Shown in pieces: positions 10,396-20,274 of a stretch of DNA of 64,000 bases. Origin of the DNA: a virus; IMG/VR virus record IMGVR_UViG_3300031673_000022, positions 1 through 64,000 of that record. The stretch is one strand, 5' to 3'. The notes beneath the pieces were generated by a model, which saw only the letters and a program-made list of their open reading frames with translations, made no database searches and was not told the origin of the DNA. The position numbers and the translations under genes were made by a program. The stretch's first letter is position 1. Every line of letters begins with the position of its first letter.

Positions 10396-13026
10396 TCATG
10401 AGCTTGGGATGTTGCGTAGCACGGATAGAATCTTCGCCTTTGCAACACGTCCTTCCCACAGCTCGAAGGCAGTCGCGCCTGCTACCAAACCAGCACGCCA
10501 AACATCAACGTCCGACAGAGGCTCGACTTCGTAGACGTATGGCACGCCGCCTACAGACCCCCAGTGAGCCGCGCGTGCTGCGTTCGATGTAATGCTCACA
10601 GCGTTGCCAGACTGTTTGTAGTTCTTCTTTGTCTGAGGCGTCAGCACTGTTCCCACAGTCAACTTGTGTGGGCTGCCGTGGTAGAGCTTGCCTCCATGCA
10701 AATCACCCAGGCGGAAGTCTTTGCCCATGACGTGGACTTCTTGTGCCCGCCAATCGAAGCTGGACTTGATCAACCCTGCTTGCCTTGTCATCTGCAACTC
10801 GCCCTTAGGGTTGAGCACCTTGACGGCAGCCGTCAAGGCTCCGTCTGATGCGCGCTGCTGCGTCACGGGATCCAGATCGGCTTGCTGGCGCGGGAGATGT
10901 CTGCCGTGGGGTCCGCCGGGTCCTCGACGCTGGATTATCGAATCGTCCAACACGATCAAGTCGTGCTTGTTACCAAACAATGGCTTCTTAATCGCCTTAT
11001 ATCCAAGCTTCTTAATTCCCGTGTTGTCGTTACCAAAGAGATAAATTCTGGCGTTCTCGCCATTCATTAACACGGACTTCTCGCCATGCTTCTTAATCAA
11101 GTCATCGACCCACGACGCGGATGAAAAGTCACGGAGGTCGAAAGTTTCCCCATAGTCCCATACCTTGATTCGGGACAGGTCTATCGCTACTTCCGTTATG
11201 TGTGCTGCACGGTCCTTACCCGATGTGTCGCGTTTTCCATACATCTCGGCGCGTTTAAGATCGCTGGTTAGATAAATACCTTTTCCGTCTACGCCGTCAC
11301 CGGGCCGCAAGCGATCATATCTTTTCGCGCCGCCGTGATAATACGTCGTTCGACTAGACTTGATCAACCCTGCCTGGACCGACGCCGCCGCCTTCTGTCC
11401 TTCGCTAAACAACTCCGTCAACTCGGTGACGAAGATGTCCAGCCCGTGACCACGCCAACTGGAAGTCCACCGCTTAGAGGTCATGCCGTACCGGGAGGAC
11501 AGCCCCGTGAGCTTACTTGGGTTTGAATAGGAAAGGTCTACGTAAACCTCGCCATCAGTCGGTTCCGCGACCAACGTGAAGGCTGCATACTTCTCCCCGT
11601 CCTTGACGACGACCTCTGCTTGCAGCTTCTTGCTTCGGCCATTGCCAGCCACACGCGGCCCCTTCACCGTCACGGAGCCCAGCGCTTTCAAGGCAGAAGC
11701 AAGCTCCGTCGCGGCTTGCTTGACGTCGCGGAACCCAGATCCCTTCTTCTGGTTCAGGTCTACCCGGTCAAGCACTACGACTGCTTTTGGGTTCAAGACA
11801 AGGAGCTGAACCTCAGCGTTGTGAATCGATCCAGTGTCGTCGAACACGGCATCGTACCCGAGCTTTCGGAGCGCCTTGTTCCAAGCTCCGGGCTTGCCCA
11901 TGAAGCGCTGAACCAAGTCCTCCCAGACCAGATCGATTGCTTTCTCGGGCTGGCTGGACAAGATATCTTCTGCGGAATGCATCTTCGGGTCGCCTCCCAA
12001 TGCCTGCGAAAGCTCCAACGCCTGTGCGCTCGTGAGCGTAGCGAGGTCGAGTACCTTCGCAGAAGGCTTCAGCTTGACGACGTACTGGTACCGCAGCTTC
12101 TCCCACATGGCAGAGCGGTCGTTGAAGCGCTCGGGAAACAGATAGATCCCTGCCGGATCTTGATGGTGCTGCTTGACGTTGACCTTCAACATCTCGAAAT
12201 CGGAGAAGTGGAACCAGTTGCCACGCCAGTCAGACAGCTTCGCCGCGAGCTTGTGCATCTTGCTCATCGAACTGCCGGTCGCCTTCGCCGGGGGCCAGTC
12301 CTGCTCGCGCACAAGCATGAGCTTAGCTAGAGGCACACGCTGCTTCTGGTTGTCACCCTTCGTCGAGATATGCCACGCAGACCGAGTTGCAGTAGCGGGG
12401 CTGACGTAAGGTCCATACCAAGTAAAGTCACTTGCGACAATGACCATCTCGGTGTCGTCTTCCCACGCATCGGTGTCGCCTAGGTCGGCCCAGGGCTGTA
12501 CGGGGATGCGCTTGCCCATGTACTTGATGATGCGCTGCTTCGGGAGCAGCTTGTTCTTCATCTTCTTGGCAAGCTCTACCAAGTCAGGCAGGCCAGGGAA
12601 GTCAGGAAGCGAAAGCTCCGGGGCGAGGGTGATCTGCGCAGCTTCCAGCGCCAATGCAGCGCGTTGGATGAGGATGGCTTCCGTCTCGCCATCCTCGTCA
12701 TCGTCGATGTATTCCTCGACCTCGACGGGCTCAAGGACCATCTCCTCGTCGAGCAGTGCCGCCAGGTCACTGAGCGCGCTGAGCGCTCCGCACAGGGACA
12801 CATCGCTCATGTTGCCCCAAGGAAAACGCTCGACGTAACTCAGCGCCTTCTTCCGCCGTGCATCATCTTGCATGGTCTGGCTCGATTGCTCGAACTTCCA
12901 TGCAATCTGGTCCATGAGGTGCTGCTTAGCCGCCGGGTCCGCAACATCGATACCCGTCACCACGTCCCCGAAGCCCAGGGAACGGAGAACCTTCCTCAGT
13001 CCATCAATGGTGGTTGGTACCCGCAT
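10396..13026 (-). CDS. Polyvalent protein with up to three ADP-ribosyltransferase-like domains
   Basis: Modules WFHFS..PAGIYLFP..GYDAVFDD, YYHGG..GKGIYLTSD..AEMYG and LYHGS..VSITSN..YVYEVEP (Arr-like). Confidence 0.6.
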   Translation of the reverse strand: MRVPTTIDGLRKVLRSLGFGDVVTGIDVADPAAKQHLMDQIAWKFEQSSQTMQDDARRKKALSYVERFPWGNMSDVSLCGALSALSDLAALLDEEMVLEPVEVEEYIDDDEDGETEAILIQRAALALEAAQITLAPELSLPDFPGLPDLVELAKKMKNKLLPKQRIIKYMGKRIPVQPWADLGDTDAWEDDTEMVIVASDFTWYGPYVSPATATRSAWHISTKGDNQKQRVPLAKLMLVREQDWPPAKATGSSMSKMHKLAAKLSDWRGNWFHFSDFEMLKVNVKQHHQDPAGIYLFPERFNDRSAMWEKLRYQYVVKLKPSAKVLDLATLTSAQALELSQALGGDPKMHSAEDILSSQPEKAIDLVWEDLVQRFMGKPGAWNKALRKLGYDAVFDDTGSIHNAEVQLLVLNPKAVVVLDRVDLNQKKGSGFRDVKQAATELASALKALGSVTVKGPRVAGNGRSKKLQAEVVVKDGEKYAAFTLVAEPTDGEVYVDLSYSNPSKLTGLSSRYGMTSKRWTSSWRGHGLDIFVTELTELFSEGQKAAASVQAGLIKSSRTTYYHGGAKRYDRLRPGDGVDGKGIYLTSDLKRAEMYGKRDTSGKDRAAHITEVAIDLSRIKVWDYGETFDLRDFSSASWVDDLIKKHGEKSVLMNGENARIYLFGNDNTGIKKLGYKAIKKPLFGNKHDLIVLDDSIIQRRGPGGPHGRHLPRQQADLDPVTQQRASDGALTAAVKVLNPKGELQMTRQAGLIKSSFDWRAQEVHVMGKDFRLGDLHGGKLYHGSPHKLTVGTVLTPQTKKNYKQSGNAVSITSNAARAAHWGSVGGVPYVYEVEPLSDVDVWRAGLVAGATAFELWEGRVAKAKILSVLRNIPSS
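10763..11373. repeat. 17-bp direct repeat flanking an AT-richer domain cassette
   Basis: GACTTGATCAACCCTGC at 10763-10779 and 11357-11373, within the twice-occurring peptide QAGLIKSS. Confidence 0.85.
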
Positions 13027-13032
13027 GTGTCC

Positions 13033-13770
13033 TCAGTGAACGATGGCGTCGGCTTCTGAAGACTTGCTTCCAGACATCAAGGACGGCTCGGTACTGTCCA
13101 CACCCTGATCCAAAGCGCGCATACGGGCCTTGGCCTCAAGCTCAACCTTGTAGTATTCGCAAAGAGACTTGAGGCTCTCGTTGAGGCTGTCGCGCAACAC
13201 TGCCGAAATCCGGCTGAGGCTCGACTTCAACTGCGAGTCGATGAACGCCTTGTGGTTACGGTCAACCAAGGGATCCAACTGGGTGCGAAGGGAACGAAGT
13301 TCCTCGGCAGCGGCAGCCAACATTTGCCTGCTGAGGGAGTTTAGCACCTTGTCCACGATGAACTCGACCGTGACCTCGGGGTCTGTCTGCCCTTCGATGT
13401 CTTCGGCGAGCGCGCGCCACTGAGTCAGTAGCTGGGTGTACGCCGTAGAATTCTGCATCGTCGGGTTTCCCATGTACTCCTGATTGGCAGTAGACAAGGC
13501 ATCCGTGATGCTCTTGAACTCCTGGAAGCGCTGGTCTTGGATCTCAAGATCCAGCATGCACTCCTTGAGGTGGTAGCGCAGCGAGTGGGGTGCGATCCCT
13601 ACCCGATGTGACACGCTGTCGAAGCGGGAGTCACGCGCCTTCGGCACCTCGCCAGACGCTTTTACCTCGGCCAGAAGGGGAGCGAGCGCCACGTTGATCT
13701 CGTCAACCTTGGCGGGAGTGCAACCCACACACACGGGGCACTTGCGGGATTTCTTCTTGGAGAAGGCCAC
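13033..13770 (-). CDS. Zn-finger/HTH protein, possible terminase small subunit
   Basis: CPVC...LRYHLKEC N-terminal domain followed by a helical oligomerisation-like region. Confidence 0.35.
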   Translation of the reverse strand: MAFSKKKSRKCPVCVGCTPAKVDEINVALAPLLAEVKASGEVPKARDSRFDSVSHRVGIAPHSLRYHLKECMLDLEIQDQRFQEFKSITDALSTANQEYMGNPTMQNSTAYTQLLTQWRALAEDIEGQTDPEVTVEFIVDKVLNSLSRQMLAAAAEELRSLRTQLDPLVDRNHKAFIDSQLKSSLSRISAVLRDSLNESLKSLCEYYKVELEAKARMRALDQGVDSTEPSLMSGSKSSEADAIVH

Positions 13771-14150
13771 TACGGGTGGTTCTTCCCGAGGATCTGCATA
13801 AGCTCGTCCAGACGACGGGCCATCTCGGTGATGGTCCCTTCGATCCGTCCAAGAGACTGACGCAGAGCTTCCACAGATTCGACCGATGCCTTCTCACGAA
13901 GACGGTGGTTCAAGTTCTCCAACTGAGAAGCACGAGCCACATCTAGCTTCTCAAGCTCCGTCACCTTGTCAGCAAGTTTTTCGCGAAGGTGTGCCTTCTC
14001 ACGGAACTCTTTGGCTAGTTCGTCATGACGACGCTCCAGGTCGACACGGGCCTGCCTCTCCTGACCAACGCGGATGAGAACCGAGGCCAACGCGACGAGG
14101 CCAACGCAGATGCTCACGATTGATAGGATGGTGGAGAGGTTCATGTCCAT
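13770..14150 (-). CDS. Membrane-anchored coiled-coil protein
   Basis: N-terminal TM segment plus heptad-rich region. Confidence 0.55.
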   Translation of the reverse strand: MDMNLSTILSIVSICVGLVALASVLIRVGQERQARVDLERRHDELAKEFREKAHLREKLADKVTELEKLDVARASQLENLNHRLREKASVESVEALRQSLGRIEGTITEMARRLDELMQILGKNHP

Positions 14151-14191
14151 GGTTTCCTCAGTACGGAGGCCAGTGCTGGCTCAGAGTGCGA

Positions 14192-14689
14192 TCATCCCCA
14201 GCGCGAGGAAGGCATATCGATCACGTCTGGCGTTTCTCCCACGTCGATCACATCGAATACGTCGCGGAGCGCCTGGCCGATCGTCTCTGCCATACGGGGG
14301 TTAACTCGCTTGACCTTCAACGCCTCCTCAAAGGCGAGCACGACTTCGTGTGCTGTGACGTGGCCCTGCTTGATGACGCGGAGGAGCGCCTTGAGGTTTG
14401 GCTTGGTGGCCATAGCGCGCAGGATCTGCTGACGGTGAGCAGCGGTCACACGCGCCGACCCGCTGAGACGACCCTTCGGGATCTCCTTCAGGCCCGACGA
14501 CTTCCGCTTGGGGACTACCTTCTTCGCTGTCTTCTTCTTCTTGACAGGGGCCTTCTTCTTGGAAGCCTTCTTCGCCGTCTTCTTCTTCTTGGAAGCCTTC
14601 TTCTTGGACTTCTTCTTCTTCTTCTTCTTCTTCGCGGCGGCGGAGAGAAGGGAGTCAACCTCAGACAGTGCTTCGACGATGTTCTTCAT
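14192..14689 (-). CDS. Lys-rich histone H1-like protein
   Basis: AAAKKKKKKKKSKKKASKKKKTAKKASKKKAPVKKKK tract; GAGG SD. Confidence 0.6.
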   Translation of the reverse strand: MKNIVEALSEVDSLLSAAAKKKKKKKKSKKKASKKKKTAKKASKKKAPVKKKKTAKKVVPKRKSSGLKEIPKGRLSGSARVTAAHRQQILRAMATKPNLKALLRVIKQGHVTAHEVVLAFEEALKVKRVNPRMAETIGQALRDVFDVIDVGETPDVIDMPSSRWG

Positions 14690-14704
14690 AGCGGACCTCT
14701 GTTG

Positions 14705-15694
14705 TTAGAGAATGTCGTCGATGACAGCATCTCTGAAAATCAATGGGGTAGGGGCGTCATCCGAACCTTCGTACCAGCCAGGGATACTCGCGGCCCAGTC
14801 TTCGATCCCGGCGATATCCGTGCGATGACAGACGATCATGGGGTCCTTGTTACGGATGATCGGGAGTAACTGGTTCGGCAAGTCGTGGGCGATGCGCGCG
14901 TCATCCCACCAGCCCTGCTGTTGGCTGTTGTAATCGACCTCGACAACCGAGAGTAGCGACACGACGTGGCGAACAATGGCTGTGGTGTTGACGCAGGCAG
15001 CCCACTGGCCCTGGACACCAGACACCACCATCGTATCAGCCAGGGTTCCCGATTTCTCGTCAGAGACTTCCCACAGGACACCGGACTCTCGGAGGGAAGA
15101 CGCGCAGCGGTCGACAGCGCCCGGAACCTTACGCGCAGCTTCTACCAGCTTACGCAAGTCTGAAGGATTCAGATGGGCAGTGATCGGGCCTGGGGTCTCG
15201 TAGCGCATGAACACGAGGTCGGTCTCGACGTCGACATCACCCCAGTTCTTCGCCTCGTACTGAGCCACGAAAGCACGCATGATGTCTGTCTGCGATAGGT
15301 TGTTCTCGGTACATGCCTTCAAGCACCGTTCGTAGGTCTGGGTCGCGGTGGTCGGATCGAGTTGGATGGTACCCGATCCCTTGCGCGTCTCCTGAATCAT
15401 CTGCTTGGAGAGCAGGAACCGGAGAAGCTCCTCCAAGCGGGTAATCACGCGCGCCCTGAAGCTCTGTGGGTCGCTTTCCTCGAACTGCTTGGCCTGGGCG
15501 GCGGCGGCGAACAAGAACTCGCGTAGCGCCCTCTCAGCAGGCGCTGCGGCTACCGTGTCCGGGCGGTCGGCGTTTCGGTTGCGGGGAGCAACGTCGTCAG
15601 TCGAAAGACGTACAAGGGCCTTCTCCGCCGAACGGAGAGCCCGTTGAGCGGAGCGGAGGGTCTCCAGTACGTCGTCCCGCTCCTGCGCGTCCAC
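14705..15694 (-). CDS. Hypothetical protein with tag-like N-terminal helix
   Basis: ERDDVLETLRSAQRAL N-terminus; GGGAAG SD. Confidence 0.55.
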   Translation of the reverse strand: MDAQERDDVLETLRSAQRALRSAEKALVRLSTDDVAPRNRNADRPDTVAAAPAERALREFLFAAAAQAKQFEESDPQSFRARVITRLEELLRFLLSKQMIQETRKGSGTIQLDPTTATQTYERCLKACTENNLSQTDIMRAFVAQYEAKNWGDVDVETDLVFMRYETPGPITAHLNPSDLRKLVEAARKVPGAVDRCASSLRESGVLWEVSDEKSGTLADTMVVSGVQGQWAACVNTTAIVRHVVSLLSVVEVDYNSQQQGWWDDARIAHDLPNQLLPIIRNKDPMIVCHRTDIAGIEDWAASIPGWYEGSDDAPTPLIFRDAVIDDIL

Positions 15695-15782
15695 TGTCTT
15701 CCCCGTCAGTCGTCGTGGCGGTGGGTTAGTACCGAGTTACTGGCTGGCCCTTGTACGCGAGCCTTCGCTATCGAGGAAGGGT

Positions 15783-16298
15783 CTAGTAGCCCATCGCGGC
15801 GGCCTGTTGGCTGGCCTTAATGAGGACGCCCATCGCCTTTGCGGCGAGGGTCGCGGAGTCCAGCAAGACGCCCCAGTTGTTCCCTTCCTCGCCGTACCAG
15901 ATGCGGATTCGTCCACCATCCTTCTTGGGAAGCGCGAAGTGAAGCTCTCCCATTTCCAACGTCACGTGCCCACTGCGGGTCCGCTCGTCGTAACGGACAT
16001 CTTCCCCGCTTTTGAGTAGAGGCTCAAAGAATGGGGCGAGTGCCTCTTCCGCTTCCGGCGTGTCGCGAAGCGACGTTCTGCTGGCCTTGAGCGGCTTGCC
16101 GTCCTTGAAGGAGGCTTCCACGACGTCGTCGTAGTCGTCGACGAGCGCAGCCGCACTCGACTCGTAGAGGGTCTGCTCGGTCAGGTCGAGACCGCGACGA
16201 CCGGCGGCCTTCACCTTCGCAGGCGGGTCGAGCTTGTCAGCAGCAGCGCGGAGAGAAGCGACGGTCTTAGCGCGGGTCTTCGAGTTCATTCGTGTCAT
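15783..16298 (-). CDS. Tagged hypothetical (putative head) protein
   Basis: N-terminal TRAKTVASLRAAADKLDPPAKVKAAG motif. Confidence 0.6.
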   Translation of the reverse strand: MTRMNSKTRAKTVASLRAAADKLDPPAKVKAAGRRGLDLTEQTLYESSAAALVDDYDDVVEASFKDGKPLKASRTSLRDTPEAEEALAPFFEPLLKSGEDVRYDERTRSGHVTLEMGELHFALPKKDGGRIRIWYGEEGNNWGVLLDSATLAAKAMGVLIKASQQAAAMGY

Positions 16299-18115
16299 CC
16301 GATCTTGGCAGCGTTCTGGACAGCTTTTGCAGCCGAGGCCAGACGATTTTTCTCGTTCTCCAGACGCGAGGCGAGCCCCTTCACCTGGAGGTCCATTTCT
16401 ACGAACTGCTGCTCCAACGCAACCGACGCCGCGAGCAGCGCTTCCATCGTCTCGACCGTCGCCATGAGCGGCGGGAGCATGGTGTCGATGTTGGAGCGCA
16501 TGTTGTCGATCTCAGCCTGCGCCATCACGGCTTCCTCGGACTTCGAGGGAGCGGAGTCGAGGCGCATCTGAGCTTGGTCGAGACGACCGGAAAGCTCAGA
16601 CAGCGACTTCACGGCGGCGACGGCGCCCTTCACTTCCGGGAACCCCTCGGCTCCCGTACCCGTGATCATCTCTTCGAGCAGGTTGGCAGCGGTGATCAGC
16701 TTCGTCAGCGACGAGCGACGACGCTTGTCACCAGTCTTGTCGCCAACATCCTTGGCCGCAGAGATCGCCTTCACGAGGTTCTTGGGGGCGCGGCTTCCTG
16801 CCGTCACCTTCTCGGCCCCATTCATCTTGCCACCCATGAATTCATGAAAGCTACCCTCATCAAAGGAGCCTCCACTTTCATCCAGGTACTCTTCCATCAT
16901 CTCGGCTTCTTCATCAGACAGCGGAGCAGTGAAAAGCTCAACCAGCGCGTCCTTGACCTCGTTCGGAACCTCTGAGTCAGCGGCCCACAGGACGCGAGCC
17001 TTGACCGCCTTTCGAGAGGCCCAGCTTCCAATGGCATCAAGCGCAGAGGCCCCTGCCATACCTGCCAAAGACGACAAGCCAAACAAGGCACCAGCCGCGC
17101 CGATAGCGCCCTTGCTGAGTGCGTTCAGCTTGACGGAAGTGGAGTACGCCCGCATGGACATGGCCAACTTTGTTGCTGCCGGCTTATCGATGTCGGTAGT
17201 TACCTTGTCGGAAACCTTCAACGAATCCAAAAGCTCCTTCTCCGTGCCTGTAAGGGCAGCTACCGCCATGGTTGTGAGGGCGGCAACCGCTGGAGCAATC
17301 CCTTTCGCTTCGAGGGTTCGGTCAGACAAGGCGTCACTCAATGACGAAGCCGTCTTGTCAATGGCACTGAAAAAGGACTTCTTCAGCTTCTTCAGCATAC
17401 CTCCCTTTTTCCCATCAGCGGCTTCCTCATCCTTTTCGCCGTAGATGTAGGGCTCACCGTCCTTTGGCTTCACCATCAACTTACGGCTGCGGATCGAGAG
17501 CTTCGCAGGTGAACTACCCACGTTGATCATGGAGGAGTGTTTATTGTCCTTCTCAGGACCCTTCTGCCAGTGGAACGTAGCGCGTCCAACGTAGTTGCCG
17601 CCCTTCGTCTTCTCCGGCTGCGAGGTGACCTCGACCCAAACCTTGTCTCCGTACCTGTCACCACGCTTCTCCGCAGCGCGCTCCATCTTGGTTTGGTCGG
17701 ACTTCGACATCTTGGCCGCACGGACCTTGAACGCCGACCCGGCGATGGCGTTCTTGGGGGCGTTCTTCTTGATGGCCCGTTGGACGATCTGGCCTGACCT
17801 ACTGCCTGTGTCGTTGAGGACGATCTTACCGCCCTTCCACTCGGCGATATTCTTGCCGCCCATCCAGTTGCCGTCCAAGCGCTTGCCATCGGTCGTGAGC
17901 TTCTTGCTCTCGGCGGCCTTCTTGGAGGTGAAGGCGTCGATGACTTGCTTGTCGCTCTTGCCGAGCTTCACGTCAGCCTTGACGGTTGTGCCGCCCTTGA
18001 TCATCCGCTTCGCGCGCTCTACCTCAGTAAGAGCCGAGTCCGTCTTCGACGTGATGAGGGCAGCGCGGGCGCCGAGGACGCGATCAAGGGCTGCTTTTGC
18101 GTTGGTCTTCATCAT
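16295..18115 (-). CDS. Multidomain putative virion/internal head protein
   Basis: Long ORF with V-x-A linkers and a C-terminal coiled coil; shares a domain with 39584-41221. Confidence 0.55.
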   Translation of the reverse strand: MMKTNAKAALDRVLGARAALITSKTDSALTEVERAKRMIKGGTTVKADVKLGKSDKQVIDAFTSKKAAESKKLTTDGKRLDGNWMGGKNIAEWKGGKIVLNDTGSRSGQIVQRAIKKNAPKNAIAGSAFKVRAAKMSKSDQTKMERAAEKRGDRYGDKVWVEVTSQPEKTKGGNYVGRATFHWQKGPEKDNKHSSMINVGSSPAKLSIRSRKLMVKPKDGEPYIYGEKDEEAADGKKGGMLKKLKKSFFSAIDKTASSLSDALSDRTLEAKGIAPAVAALTTMAVAALTGTEKELLDSLKVSDKVTTDIDKPAATKLAMSMRAYSTSVKLNALSKGAIGAAGALFGLSSLAGMAGASALDAIGSWASRKAVKARVLWAADSEVPNEVKDALVELFTAPLSDEEAEMMEEYLDESGGSFDEGSFHEFMGGKMNGAEKVTAGSRAPKNLVKAISAAKDVGDKTGDKRRRSSLTKLITAANLLEEMITGTGAEGFPEVKGAVAAVKSLSELSGRLDQAQMRLDSAPSKSEEAVMAQAEIDNMRSNIDTMLPPLMATVETMEALLAASVALEQQFVEMDLQVKGLASRLENEKNRLASAAKAVQNAAKIG

Positions 18116-18657
18116 CCGTACCTGCGCGCGAGGGTGTACTCCACGAAGTGGCCTGAGCCCTGCTTCGCGAGAAGCTCCTTCGCGTAGTCATGCATGAAAT
18201 CTTCGACGTTGGCTGCTGTGAGCTTGTAGGGCTCGATGGCAGTCAGGGTGTGGGCTTTGAGGCGCTGACGCGCCGTACTGGCCTCGACCTCTGCTGTCTG
18301 TGTCGCTTCTGTCTGGTTGTCCGCACCGAACACCTGGGCCAACACCTTCCAGCCCCCAGCATCCTGCGCGACCGACCACACGCGGAAGTGGCCACGACCG
18401 AGCATCGTGGCGAACATCCGCACTTCCGTAGGAACCGCAACAGCACCGAAGTACCACCCGAGGTGATGAGGAGCAGGAAGCGGATTCGGTACGTGGTCGA
18501 TACGCATGTTCGGTGTCACGCGCTCGATAGCCGAGAACGTTGCACGGACCAAGCGGTCGGTCACTTTACCTTCGGCCTTGCCCCAGGAGAGAGCGAGGTC
18601 GAAGGCACCGATGCTCTCACGAAGAGCTTCGCTGTGACGCCCGGGAGCGTTCTTCAC
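18112..18657 (-). CDS. Hypothetical protein
   Basis: ORF overlapping the next start in the same-strand cluster. Confidence 0.5.
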   Translation of the reverse strand: MKNAPGRHSEALRESIGAFDLALSWGKAEGKVTDRLVRATFSAIERVTPNMRIDHVPNPLPAPHHLGWYFGAVAVPTEVRMFATMLGRGHFRVWSVAQDAGGWKVLAQVFGADNQTEATQTAEVEASTARQRLKAHTLTAIEPYKLTAANVEDFMHDYAKELLAKQGSGHFVEYTLARRYG

Positions 18658-18770
18658 GAGCCCGATGACACCGGAGAGCAGCGCGCAGTCCAGAGGAGTC
18701 GCGTCACGCTCCTCAAGAACCGCCTTACGCGGCTTCCGCCTTTTCGCTGACGAACGTCCAGAGCCGGCGG

Positions 18771-19691
18771 CTACTTGGACGTCTTGACGAAAGGGCGAGC
18801 AGACCCCGAGACACGAGCCGAGCCTGTGACCGTCGAGATCGGCTTGATGGGCTCCTCACCCGGAGGCGGACGGTTGTCAGTGACCGGGAGGGTCGAGGAC
18901 GGCGAGATGATCTCGGTCATCTTCGGGTTACCCGGATAGACGAGCGCGTGGTAGCGCCGCATTACGTCGTCGGTCTCCTTCATCGCTGCCGGGCTCTTCT
19001 CGACCACGTATGTGATCGCTGCCGGGTCCACGGTGAAGGTGCCGCCGCCGCCGAGGCTCGTGATCTTCACGCCGGCTGCGCCGGAAGTGCTGACCTTGCC
19101 ACGGTGAATCTGGCCGTTGTGGTAGAAGTCCACCACGTCGCCAAGGTCCACGCTCGCGAAGCCGCCTGAGACCACCGGGATGGCCGCCGCTGACGCCAGT
19201 GTCACATGCTTGCGACCCGAAGCGCCGCCACGAAGGGCATCGCGACGAACGCTGAGCATCTCCTCGATCGAGGTCGACTCCTTGCGGACGATGTAGTCCG
19301 GGCCGTCCTCGGCAGAGACCACTTCCCAAAGCTGGTTACCAGCGTCGAGGAACTGGCCCATGCCTGCCTTGAGCATGGTTGTGGACGCGCTGAGCGGCTG
19401 CCGGAGTCGCTTCTGCTCGACCACAAAAGTGAGAAAGTGTCCGTCGGGGTAAACCGACGTGGTGTCTGCACGCGCCTGGACGTTGCCACCGAAGGCACCC
19501 ATGCGTGAGGTGAGCCAGGACTGGACATCCCAGATCGAAGGCACACCGAACAGCGTGGAGTATGTGGCCAGCACCCGAGCAGCGGTACCACTCTCGATGA
19601 CTTTGACATCGTGAAGCTCCAGGTCAGAGCGAGCAACGTCACCCTTGGCCTTCAGCTTCGCCTGCATACGCTCGCGAAAGTTGTCCTTCAT
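18771..19691 (-). CDS. Hypothetical protein, possibly structural
   Basis: AAGGA SD; SH3-like beta segment (VDLGDVVDFYHNGQIHRGKV). Confidence 0.55.
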   Translation of the reverse strand: MKDNFRERMQAKLKAKGDVARSDLELHDVKVIESGTAARVLATYSTLFGVPSIWDVQSWLTSRMGAFGGNVQARADTTSVYPDGHFLTFVVEQKRLRQPLSASTTMLKAGMGQFLDAGNQLWEVVSAEDGPDYIVRKESTSIEEMLSVRRDALRGGASGRKHVTLASAAAIPVVSGGFASVDLGDVVDFYHNGQIHRGKVSTSGAAGVKITSLGGGGTFTVDPAAITYVVEKSPAAMKETDDVMRRYHALVYPGNPKMTEIISPSSTLPVTDNRPPPGEEPIKPISTVTGSARVSGSARPFVKTSK

Positions 19692-19742
19692 CGCTTTGGT
19701 TCCTTTTGACGCGGTTGACTCGGTGTGAGTCCTGTGAGGTGT

Positions 19743-20243
19743 CTAGTGCAGACTGTCCTTTGAGTACGCTTCTTTGACTGAAAACAACTCGGGTAGGACC
19801 ACCGATCCCAGATAAAGGGCAATCCCCGCAGCGTCTGCCTCGTGCGGTGTTGGTGTACCAAAGAAGCTAAGAGCACCACCCTGGTCTTTTGGACACACGT
19901 TCCGGTGCAACCAGTTTTTCCATTCGGTGTTCCGGAAGTAGAAAGTGTTTGGTCCTGCCATCGCCGGGAGACGCAGGTTGATATCCTCGGCGCTCGCACC
20001 TTGTCCACCTGGACGGTAAGTGAATCGCTCTGCTGCCATGGCTGTAGGTTTCAAGTCCCTATAGACGAAAGTCCAGAAGAACGATTCCCACATACGCAGC
20101 GACGCACCAAAGAGCTTGGTGCTACCAAGGTCAGGAGGGTACAGTAGGCCGTGTCGGTGGAGGAGGAAGCCACGCTCAACAGAGCCGCGCAGGACGGCCC
20201 AAGCAATGTATTTCCTCCCCATGTCGAACCCGACGACCTTCAT
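19743..20243 (-). CDS. RuvC-like Holliday junction resolvase
   Basis: VVGFDMG, central Glu (AAERF) and HEADAAGIA catalytic motifs; GGAG SD. Confidence 0.75.
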   Translation of the reverse strand: MKVVGFDMGRKYIAWAVLRGSVERGFLLHRHGLLYPPDLGSTKLFGASLRMWESFFWTFVYRDLKPTAMAAERFTYRPGGQGASAEDINLRLPAMAGPNTFYFRNTEWKNWLHRNVCPKDQGGALSFFGTPTPHEADAAGIALYLGSVVLPELFSVKEAYSKDSLH

Positions 20244-20274
20244 AAGCTCCTCTACACAGGTACGGTACCCTTAT

